Positions 8,252-15,597 of a stretch of 30,047 nt of DNA are shown in pieces. Position numbers and translations under genes: made by a program. The stretch lies in the NCBI GenBank assembly GCA_030597645.1, contig JAUVRN010000001.1:1-30047 (forward strand), in the 5' to 3' direction. Source of the stretch: Candidatus Zixiibacteriota bacterium. Lineage in GTDB: Bacteria > Zixibacteria > MSB-5A5 > JAUVRN01. Within the stretch, counting starts at the first letter, position 1. Every line of letters starts with the position of its first letter. A model generated the notes under the pieces. It ran no database searches, had not been told where the DNA came from, and worked only from the letters and a program-made list of their open reading frames with translations.

Positions 8252-9955
8252 ATGCTACGACATAGCGTACCGGTTCTATTGGTGAGCTTCACGGCGATTC
8301 TCACCGGTTGTTCGGGCCAGCAGGGTGACATGGTGGCCGTGGTCGGTGACCACTCGATTTCGATCACCGAATTCGAGTCCGGCTTTGCACAGCAGCCACA
8401 AACCTTTACCAGCTACAGTCTCGAGCTCGAGCGACGCCAGGAGTTCCTCGCTCAGCTCGTCGACCGGAAGCTCCTCGTCATCGGGGCCTATCGCCAGGGC
8501 CTCGACAAGGATCAGGAGATCCAGCGGTTGATCGAACAGCAGCAGAGCAAGTTCCTGCTGGATCAGCTTTATAAGTCCGAAATCGCGGGCAACGTGGAAG
8601 TGACCGACGCGGAGGTCCAGACGTGGTACGAGCACATGGGCGAGGAGATCCACGCCCGACACGTCCTGGTCGACTCCGAGGAAGAGGCCCACGAGATCAA
8701 AGCGGAGTTCGAGGGCGGGGCAGACTTTGGCAAGCTGGCTCAGGAACGTTCCAACGACCCGTCGGCCCAGCAGAACGCCGGCGATCTCTCCTGGTTCCGC
8801 TGGGGCACCATGGTCCCGTCATTTCAGGAAACCGCGTTTGCCCTGGACTCGGGCGAGGTAGGCGAACCGGTCCAGACGCAGTTCGGCTGGCACGTCATTC
8901 AGCTCCTGGGACGCCGCGAGGTGGATCGGCAGCCGTTCGACCAGGTGGAGCCCGCCATCAAGAATCAGATGAAGCAGCAGAAAGAACAGGCCCGCCTGCG
9001 GGAACTCCTGGCCGGCACCCGGGACAAGACCGATCTGCGCCTGGACATGGACATGCTGACCATCGTCCAGGAGACCTATCGGGACACGACCGGCGGTCCG
9101 CTGCCGTTCAGATCCAATCTCGATGCCAACGACCTCACCCTCAAGCTGCAGCTGCGACCGATCGCGCGATATCTCGACACGTCTCTGGCTGCCGGAGACT
9201 TCGTCCGCATGGCCAACCAAGCGCCGCCGGTGAACCGACCGGACTTTTACGACACGACGGCCATCAAGGAGTTCATGTTCCAGATGATCTACACGACCGT
9301 GCTGGAGCGTGAGGCGCGCAGGCTGCGCATCGATCAGTCCGAAGACTACAAGCTTACGCTGCGCAAGTTCCGCGAAACGCTCATGGCCGACAAGATGAAG
9401 GACGATTTGGTGCAGCGGCCCGTCGACGTGACCACCGAGATGCTGACGGGATACTACGACGATCATCCCGAAGAATTTTCGTCCCCGCCCACCGTGCGCA
9501 TGCGGGAAGCGCTCATCGGTTCCGAGGAAGAGGGTAAGCAGATCATCCAACGTGTTCGCCGGGGAGCCAAGTTCGACGAAATCTGCACGCAGGTGACGCT
9601 GCGGCCCGGCATGAAGGGACGCCGGGGTGATCTGGGCACGTTTCGCCGCTTCGAGTACCCGGCGTTGTTCGACGCGGCCCAGCGCATGGACGTGGGCCAG
9701 GTGGGTGGCCCTATCTACCACGCCACACAGGGCGGGGCGCAGTGGTCGGTCATCGAACTGCTGGCAAAGAAAGACGCCGAGACCCGAACGTTCGAGGCGG
9801 TGGAACAGCGGATTCTTACCAAGCTCCGCAACGAGATGCGACAGCAGGCCCTGACCGACTGGCTGGCCGAAATGCACGAGTCGACGCGCGTGCAGATCAA
9901 CGAACAGGTCCTGGCCTCGACCGTGGATCGCTCCAAGTACCCCGAGGAAGGATAG
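8252..9955 (+). CDS. Lipoprotein foldase with two parvulin (PpiC) domains, PrsA-like tandem
   Basis: Lipobox LTGC at residues 17-20. First parvulin IHARHVLV...GDLSWF...FGWHVI; second degenerate parvulin VRMREALI...GDLGTF...QWSVI. Confidence 0.85.
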   Translation: MLRHSVPVLLVSFTAILTGCSGQQGDMVAVVGDHSISITEFESGFAQQPQTFTSYSLELERRQEFLAQLVDRKLLVIGAYRQGLDKDQEIQRLIEQQQSKFLLDQLYKSEIAGNVEVTDAEVQTWYEHMGEEIHARHVLVDSEEEAHEIKAEFEGGADFGKLAQERSNDPSAQQNAGDLSWFRWGTMVPSFQETAFALDSGEVGEPVQTQFGWHVIQLLGRREVDRQPFDQVEPAIKNQMKQQKEQARLRELLAGTRDKTDLRLDMDMLTIVQETYRDTTGGPLPFRSNLDANDLTLKLQLRPIARYLDTSLAAGDFVRMANQAPPVNRPDFYDTTAIKEFMFQMIYTTVLEREARRLRIDQSEDYKLTLRKFRETLMADKMKDDLVQRPVDVTTEMLTGYYDDHPEEFSSPPTVRMREALIGSEEEGKQIIQRVRRGAKFDEICTQVTLRPGMKGRRGDLGTFRRFEYPALFDAAQRMDVGQVGGPIYHATQGGAQWSVIELLAKKDAETRTFEAVEQRILTKLRNEMRQQALTDWLAEMHESTRVQINEQVLASTVDRSKYPEEG

Positions 9956-9961
9956 ACCTAC

Positions 9962-11251
9962 ACGCCAGCCGCTCGTCTGATTCTCTGTGCGGTGCTCTGG
10001 GCCGGCCTGAGCGCTGATGTCGCACCGCGGGCCGACGTGGTGGATCGCATCGTGGCCGTAGTGGGCCACCACATCGTGCTCGAATCGGAGCTGGAATCTC
10101 AGCTGACCCTGTTGGCGCAGCAACAGGGTGTCGATCTCAGCACGCCGGGCCTGCGCGAAGAGCTTCGCGAAGACATCCTCGAGCAGATGATCAACGATCG
10201 CCTGATGCTGATTCAGGCCGAGCGTGACACGTCGATCAAGGTGACCGATACGGAAGTCGAGCGCGATCTGGACGCGCACCTGTCGCGTATCCAGGGTCAG
10301 TTTTCATCCCCGGAAGACTTCTACAAGCAGCTGGCCGCGGAAGGGCTGTCGCTGGCGGAACTGCGCCGGCGGTACCGGCGCGAGGTGCGCAACCAACTGC
10401 TCAAGAACAAGCTGATTCAAAAGCGGCTGAGAGACGTGGATATCTCGGCACCCGAAGTGGACGCCTTTTACCAGGAGTTCAAGGACAGTCTGCCGGACCA
10501 GGTCGCCGCGGTGCACCTCAGGGACATTCTCTATCCCGTCGATGTGTCCACTTCCACCATCGATTCGGTTCGCCTCCAGGCGGAGGCCGTCCTGGACTCC
10601 ATCCACAACGGCGCCGATTTCGGCGACATGGCACGTCGCTTCTCCGACGATCCGTCAGGCTCGGACGGTGGCGACCTGGGCTGGTTCAGCCGCAAGGTGA
10701 TGGTACCCGAGTTCGAGCGCGCGGCCTTCGGGCTACCCGTGGGCGAGGTCTCCGGGGTGGTTCAGACCCAGTACGGATTTCATCTGATCCAGTCACGGGA
10801 GCGCAGGGGTGATCGTGTCCATGCCGCCCACATCCTCTTTCGCACCCTGCCGTCCGCCGAGGATATGAGCACGGCCATGGCGGAGGCCGAAAAGCTGCGG
10901 CGGCGCATCCAGGAGGGGGAGGACTTTGCGGCGCTGGCCAAGGAGTACTCCATCGATTCGACCACCGCCACTAACGGCGGTGATCTGGGCTGGATATCCC
11001 TGTCGGTACTGCCCGAGCCGTTCGCTTCCTCGGTCGGTACGCATCCGGCCGGTACGGTCCTGGAGCCCGTGGCCGCCGACGCCGGTATCCACGTCATCAC
11101 GGTCGAGGAACGCCGCGACGATCGACCCTATGATCTCCAACTCGATCGGGCCGAGATCACCGAAATGGCCCGTCGGGAAAAGACCGGTCGCGTGGTAGCG
11201 GAGTGGGTCAAGGGACTGCGCGAGGAGATCTACGTCGAAGAACGACTCTAG
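9962..11251 (+). CDS. SurA-like periplasmic chaperone/peptidyl-prolyl isomerase
   Basis: SurA N-domain VVDRIVAVVG..IVLESEL followed by two parvulin domains (GGDLGWF...YGFHLI; HAAHIL...GGDLGWI...GIHVI). The ORF track starts at GTG 9992, but a complete signal peptide needs a start at ACG 9962. The start is uncertain. Confidence 0.85.
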   Translation, partial: TPAARLILCAVLWAGLSADVAPRADVVDRIVAVVGHHIVLESELESQLTLLAQQQGVDLSTPGLREELREDILEQMINDRLMLIQAERDTSIKVTDTEVERDLDAHLSRIQGQFSSPEDFYKQLAAEGLSLAELRRRYRREVRNQLLKNKLIQKRLRDVDISAPEVDAFYQEFKDSLPDQVAAVHLRDILYPVDVSTSTIDSVRLQAEAVLDSIHNGADFGDMARRFSDDPSGSDGGDLGWFSRKVMVPEFERAAFGLPVGEVSGVVQTQYGFHLIQSRERRGDRVHAAHILFRTLPSAEDMSTAMAEAEKLRRRIQEGEDFAALAKEYSIDSTTATNGGDLGWISLSVLPEPFASSVGTHPAGTVLEPVAADAGIHVITVEERRDDRPYDLQLDRAEITEMARREKTGRVVAEWVKGLREEIYVEERL

Positions 11252-11287
11252 ACCATATGGAATGACCGACGGTCACTCCATATGGTC
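11251..11287 (+). terminator. Long hairpin right after the SurA-like stop; possible terminator or processing site without a U-tract
   Basis: GACCATATGGA-A-TGACC-GAC-GGTCA-C-TCCATATGGTC: 11 bp plus 5 bp stem, one mismatch, 3-nt loop. Confidence 0.55.
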
Positions 11288-11353
11288 CAGTGTCCGCAGC
11301 CCCGGCCGGATTGGCGCTCGTGATTCGCATCGAATTGATGTATCCTGTGCATC

Positions 11354-12481
11354 GTGCCTCGTAGCTTCTACACACCTGCCGAACGGCGCCACGAGACCGC
11401 GTACCTGGTGGGCATACGCCACGGCCGTACCAGTCGCCATCGTGCCGAAGCCGATCTCGCCGAACTGACTCAGCTCGCCCAAGCGGCCGAGCTGGAAGTG
11501 TCCGGTTCGGTGATGGCCCCGGTGCGCCGCATCGATCCGGCCTGGTACGTAGGCAAGGGCAAGGTCGATCAAATCAGTCGCGAGGCCGATGCGCAGGATG
11601 CCGAGGTGGTCGTGTTTGACGAGACCCTCTCGCCCGCGCAGGCGCGCAATCTCGAAGAGAAATTGAACCGCAAAGTCATCGACCGCGGCAACCTGGTGCT
11701 CGACATCTTCGCCCGGCGTGCGCGTACCCGCGAGGCGATCACGCAGGTGGAGCTGGCGCAGCTCGAGTATCTGCTGCCCAGGCTCACGGGGCTGTGGGCA
11801 CACTTTTCCCGCCAGAACGGCGGCGTGGGTACCAAGGGGCCGGGTGAGACCCAGCTCGAAGTGGACCGTCGTCTCACACGCACCCGGATTGCGCACCTCA
11901 AGAAGGACCTGGCCAAGATTGAACGGTCGCGCGAAGTGCAGCGCACGCGCCGCAAGAAAAACGTCCGCGTGTGCGCACTCGTCGGGTACACCAACGCCGG
12001 CAAGTCGACCCTGTTCAACCGGCTCACGCGGGCCGACGTCGCTGCCGAGGACCGGATGTTCAGTTCACTGGACGCCAAGTCCAAGAGGGTGCACCTCGAG
12101 GACGGGGCGGTGGACCACGAGCGGCAGGCCATTCTGGTCGATACGGTTGGCTTCGTCAGCAAACTGCCGCCGCAGCTGGTGGCCAGTTTTCGCTCGACGC
12201 TGGAAGAACTGCGTTTTGCGGATCTGCTGTTGGGTGTGCTGGACCTGGCCCATCCCGACGCCACCGCGCACGTGGAGGAGGTCCTCAGGGTGATCTCCGC
12301 GCTGGGCGCACAGGGGATCGGGCGCCTCTGGGTCCTGAACAAGGCCGATCTCGTGGATTCCGAACGGGTTGCCGAAGTGGCCGGGGTGCTGGAGGGGGAC
12401 CCGTACCTGGCGTGTTCTGCATCCCTGGGCACGGGCGTGGCCGCCCTGGGCCGGGCCATCCGCGACCGACTCAATTCTTGA
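11354..12481 (+). CDS. hflX: Ribosome-splitting GTPase HflX
   Basis: LSPAQARNLE, QVELAQLEYLLPRL, KGPGETQLEVDRR, G1 GYTNAGKST, G3 DTVGF, G4 NKAD. Confidence 0.96.
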   Translation: MPRSFYTPAERRHETAYLVGIRHGRTSRHRAEADLAELTQLAQAAELEVSGSVMAPVRRIDPAWYVGKGKVDQISREADAQDAEVVVFDETLSPAQARNLEEKLNRKVIDRGNLVLDIFARRARTREAITQVELAQLEYLLPRLTGLWAHFSRQNGGVGTKGPGETQLEVDRRLTRTRIAHLKKDLAKIERSREVQRTRRKKNVRVCALVGYTNAGKSTLFNRLTRADVAAEDRMFSSLDAKSKRVHLEDGAVDHERQAILVDTVGFVSKLPPQLVASFRSTLEELRFADLLLGVLDLAHPDATAHVEEVLRVISALGAQGIGRLWVLNKADLVDSERVAEVAGVLEGDPYLACSASLGTGVAALGRAIRDRLNS

Positions 12482-12538
12482 AACCAATTCTAAGCGCTTT
12501 CCGGGTTGTGGCCGATACTAAAGTGTGAGGCCACAGTT

Positions 12539-12901
12539 ATGGAATATCAAAAAGCCCTGATCGTCGACGACAACGTCCCCATGGCAGATGTGCTCGTCGA
12601 AATGCTCGAAGTGTTCGACGTGGACGCCATCACCGTTCAGGACGGCGAGACGGCTCTTCGCAGCATCAACGAAGAGCCGATCAACCTGGTCATCACCGAC
12701 CTGCGCATGCCCAAGATGAGCGGCGTGGAGCTGTTGAAGTCGATCAAGGTCCAGAACCCCGATCTGCCTGTGATCGTGATCTCCGGCTACAGCCTTTCCG
12801 CCGCCGACAACCACACGGTGAGCGAAATCGCCGACGGCTTTCTCTCGAAGCCGTTCAAGATGGAAGACATTCGCGCCCTGCTCGACCGCCTGCAGAAGTA
12901 G
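12539..12901 (+). CDS. Stand-alone (CheY-like) response-regulator receiver protein
   Basis: LIVDD, phospho-acceptor in ITDLRMP, VISG and SKPF; 120 aa with no output domain. ATG 12539 with GAGG upstream is preferred over the ORF-track start at 12506. Confidence 0.92.
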   Translation: MEYQKALIVDDNVPMADVLVEMLEVFDVDAITVQDGETALRSINEEPINLVITDLRMPKMSGVELLKSIKVQNPDLPVIVISGYSLSAADNHTVSEIADGFLSKPFKMEDIRALLDRLQK

Positions 12902-12995
12902 CACCCTGCCGGTTACTCACCCGATCCCAGAGCGACGCCGGTTCAATACCGCCGGACCGGTTCGGCAGCCCGTTTCGTGAAATCGTCTCCGCGGC

Positions 12996-13024
12996 TTGAC
13001 GCTGGGCTGATCGCGATCTACCTT
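12996..13024 (+). promoter_or_regulatory. Sigma70-type promoter at the head of the yggS...carB operon
   Basis: TTGACG (12996-13001), 17 nt, TACCTT (13019-13024). Confidence 0.7.
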
Positions 13025-13037
13025 CGAGGGGACTATC

Positions 13038-13727
13038 GTGACTACTATAGCCGAGTCGTGGGGGGACTTGCGCGAACAGGTGGCCCGGGCGTGCGCATCC
13101 GCAGGCCGGGACCCTGCCACCATTCGCATCGTCGCCGTGTCGAAAGTTCAGCCGATCGAGAAAATCCAGGACGCTATCGCTGCGGGTGTGACGGACTTCG
13201 GCGAGAACAGGATCCAGGAAGCCGATGGCAAGATCGCACAGGTCGAGCCGCGACCGACGTGGCACCTGGTGGGTCACCTGCAGACGAACAAGGCCAACAA
13301 GGCCGCACGCCTGTTCGATTGGGTGCAGTCCGTCGACTCGGTTCGCGTCGCCGAAGCGCTGGGTCGGGCCGCGGAGCTGGTCGGGCGGGATATCGGCGTA
13401 CTGGTTCAGGTCAACGCGACCGCCGAAGGGCAGAAATCAGGATGTGAACCCGCTGTTCTGGGAGCGGTTATTGAGGCCGTGATGAAACAGAGGCGCTTGA
13501 AGCTCGCGGGTCTGATGACCATTGGACCGCTGTCCATGGCGGAGATGCCGACACGGACCGCCTTTGAGCTGGCCGCTGAACTCCGCGAGAGATGGCGGTC
13601 TGAGCTGCCCCCGCGAACCATGGACGTGCTCTCCATGGGCATGTCCGGCGACTGGCCCTGGGCCCTGGAGTGCGGCGCGGACTGGATTCGCATCGGCACG
13701 GCAATCTTTGGCCCCCGAAATGCGTAA
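13038..13727 (+). CDS. yggS: PLP homeostasis protein YggS/PLPBP
   Basis: VAVSK (PLP Lys), DFGENRIQE, HLVGHLQTNK, LSMGMSGD and RIGTAIFG. Confidence 0.96.
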   Translation: MTTIAESWGDLREQVARACASAGRDPATIRIVAVSKVQPIEKIQDAIAAGVTDFGENRIQEADGKIAQVEPRPTWHLVGHLQTNKANKAARLFDWVQSVDSVRVAEALGRAAELVGRDIGVLVQVNATAEGQKSGCEPAVLGAVIEAVMKQRRLKLAGLMTIGPLSMAEMPTRTAFELAAELRERWRSELPPRTMDVLSMGMSGDWPWALECGADWIRIGTAIFGPRNA

Positions 13728-13735
13728 AAGAAAAC

Positions 13736-14011
13736 ATGTCTGAAACGGGCTACGTTCTGATCAAGGCCGTGGGGCTCTTCAGTAACTCGTTGATACTGTT
13801 GATCTTCGCGCGTGTCATCCTGTCCTGGATCTACCCGTCGCAGCGCAATACGCTGGTCTTCTGGGTGTGGCGGCTGACGGAGCCCTTTCTGGAGCCGATC
13901 AGGCGTGTGCTGCCCTTTCGGAGCGGTCTCGATCTGTCGCCCTGGGTGGCTCTGTTCTTGATTTACGTGCTCCGTACCATCATTATCCGGTTTCTGTACA
14001 CTTGGCTCTAG
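13736..14011 (+). CDS. yggT: YggT/YlmG family membrane protein
   Basis: RVILSW...LTEPFLEPIRRVLP...GLDLSP; hydrophobic, 91 aa from ATG 13736. Confidence 0.93.
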   Translation: MSETGYVLIKAVGLFSNSLILLIFARVILSWIYPSQRNTLVFWVWRLTEPFLEPIRRVLPFRSGLDLSPWVALFLIYVLRTIIIRFLYTWL

Positions 14012-14023
14012 AGGGGAGAGGCT

Positions 14024-14752
14024 ATGGAGATGTTACCCAACGACGTGCGCCAGCACCGGTTCCGCAAGGGAGTCCGCGGTTATGCTGCAGACGAAGTGGA
14101 GCAGTTCCTCGAGCACATTGCCACCGTTCTCGAAGATGCGCTCCAGGGTCGTCAGAAAGCGGAAGAACAGGTGAAGCGTCTCGAAAAGGAAATGCAGAAT
14201 TTTCGCGACCAGGAGGGCGCGCTCAAGAAAGCCGTGCTGACGGTGGAGCAGGCTATGGCGCAGACGCGCGACGCATCCCAGAGGGAAGTGGAGTCGATCA
14301 AGCGCGAGGCAGAAATCAGGGCCGTGGAGATCGTACACGAGGCCGAAGTGGAACGCCGTTCGATGGAGCAGGATCTGCGCTATCTCAAGGACGCACGGCA
14401 GAATTTTATCGATCAGTTCCGGGCCTTCTGCAGGGCGCAGCTGACCACGCTGGACAATCTCGACCACACCGATCGTGCACGCACCGCGGCACGTGAAGCC
14501 GTACAGCCTGCGGATACGGGCCGGCCGTCCCTGGGTTCCCGCCCCAAACCACCACCTGCGTTCGACGAGCCCAAACCGGCACAGGCTCCGCCCAGACAGG
14601 CCAAGCCGTGGATCCCCGAACCGGTGGACCGCGAGAATGCACGTGAAGAAGGCAAGCTGACAGAACTGCCCGTCATCGAAAACGAAGACCAACCGGTGAT
14701 CGTGTTTCCACCGCCACTGGTGCCGGAACAACCGGCCAAGGGAGAATCTTAA
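14024..14752 (+). CDS. DivIVA domain-containing protein with Pro-rich C-terminal tail
   Basis: N-terminus MLPNDVRQHRFRKGVRGY..DEVEQFL matches DivIVA, followed by a long coiled coil and then a Pro/Glu-rich tail. Confidence 0.9.
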   Translation: MEMLPNDVRQHRFRKGVRGYAADEVEQFLEHIATVLEDALQGRQKAEEQVKRLEKEMQNFRDQEGALKKAVLTVEQAMAQTRDASQREVESIKREAEIRAVEIVHEAEVERRSMEQDLRYLKDARQNFIDQFRAFCRAQLTTLDNLDHTDRARTAAREAVQPADTGRPSLGSRPKPPPAFDEPKPAQAPPRQAKPWIPEPVDRENAREEGKLTELPVIENEDQPVIVFPPPLVPEQPAKGES

Positions 14753-14759
14753 ACTACGT

Positions 14760-15593
14760 ATGGCAGGGTCTGTCTGGGAACGGGTGGAGGAGGCGACGAC
14801 CGCGATCCGGCAACACGGAGGCGCGGCTCCCGAGGTGGCGATCATCATGGGCACGGGCCTCGGATCGCTGGGTGAAGGGATTGACGTAGAGCGGGAGATC
14901 CCGTACAAGGAGATCCCGCATTTTCCGGTCAGCACGGTCGAGTCCCATGCCGGCAGACTGATCCTCGGAACCCTCGAGGGGAAACCCGTCGTGGCCATGG
15001 CCGGGCGTTTCCATTACTACGAAGGGTATACGCTGGAGGAGGTCACGCTCCCGGTGCGCGTCATGTACGCGCTCGGGGCCCGGGCGCTCTGTGTCTCCAA
15101 CGCCTGCGGCGGGCTGAATCCCCAGTTCGCCAACGGCGACCTCATGCTGATCACTGATCACATCAACCTGATCGGCCACAACCCTCTCATCGGGCCGCAC
15201 GACGACCGTCTGGGCCCGCGTTTCCCGGACTTGTTCGAGTGCTACGATCGCGAGTTCATGGACCTGGCCACTCGGGCCGCACTCGATCTCAAGCAACCGT
15301 TGCAGCGCGGTGTCTACGCCGCCGTATCGGGGCCCAATCTCGAAACGGCCGCAGAGTACAGATATCTGCGCATCATCGGCGCCGATGTGGTGGGCATGTC
15401 CACCGTACCCGAAGTCATCGTCGCACGTCAGATCCGCATGCGGGTGCTCGGCTTTTCCATCATCACCGACATGGGCCTGCCGGACCATCTGCACCCGGCC
15501 AACATCGACGACATCATCGCCATCGCCAACGCAGCGGAGCCGGGACTCAAGGCACTGCTCAACCGCTGTGTGCGTCAGATGAGATTGAACTGA
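14760..15593 (+). CDS. punA: Purine nucleoside phosphorylase I (trimeric, inosine/guanosine type)
   Basis: IIMGTGLG, STVESHAG, GRFHYYEGY, DHIN, GPNLETAAEY and VGMSTVPE. Confidence 0.95.
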   Translation: MAGSVWERVEEATTAIRQHGGAAPEVAIIMGTGLGSLGEGIDVEREIPYKEIPHFPVSTVESHAGRLILGTLEGKPVVAMAGRFHYYEGYTLEEVTLPVRVMYALGARALCVSNACGGLNPQFANGDLMLITDHINLIGHNPLIGPHDDRLGPRFPDLFECYDREFMDLATRAALDLKQPLQRGVYAAVSGPNLETAAEYRYLRIIGADVVGMSTVPEVIVARQIRMRVLGFSIITDMGLPDHLHPANIDDIIAIANAAEPGLKALLNRCVRQMRLN

Positions 15594-15597
15594 AGCC

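Noticed and set aside
9953-9955. Pyrrolysine or programmed amber recoding between the foldases
   Set aside because: No pyl genes are in the window, TAG is an ordinary stop elsewhere, and the downstream gene has its own Shine-Dalgarno and signal peptide.
15594-15597. T-box riboswitch upstream of ileS
   Set aside because: Only 4 nt separate punA and ileS.
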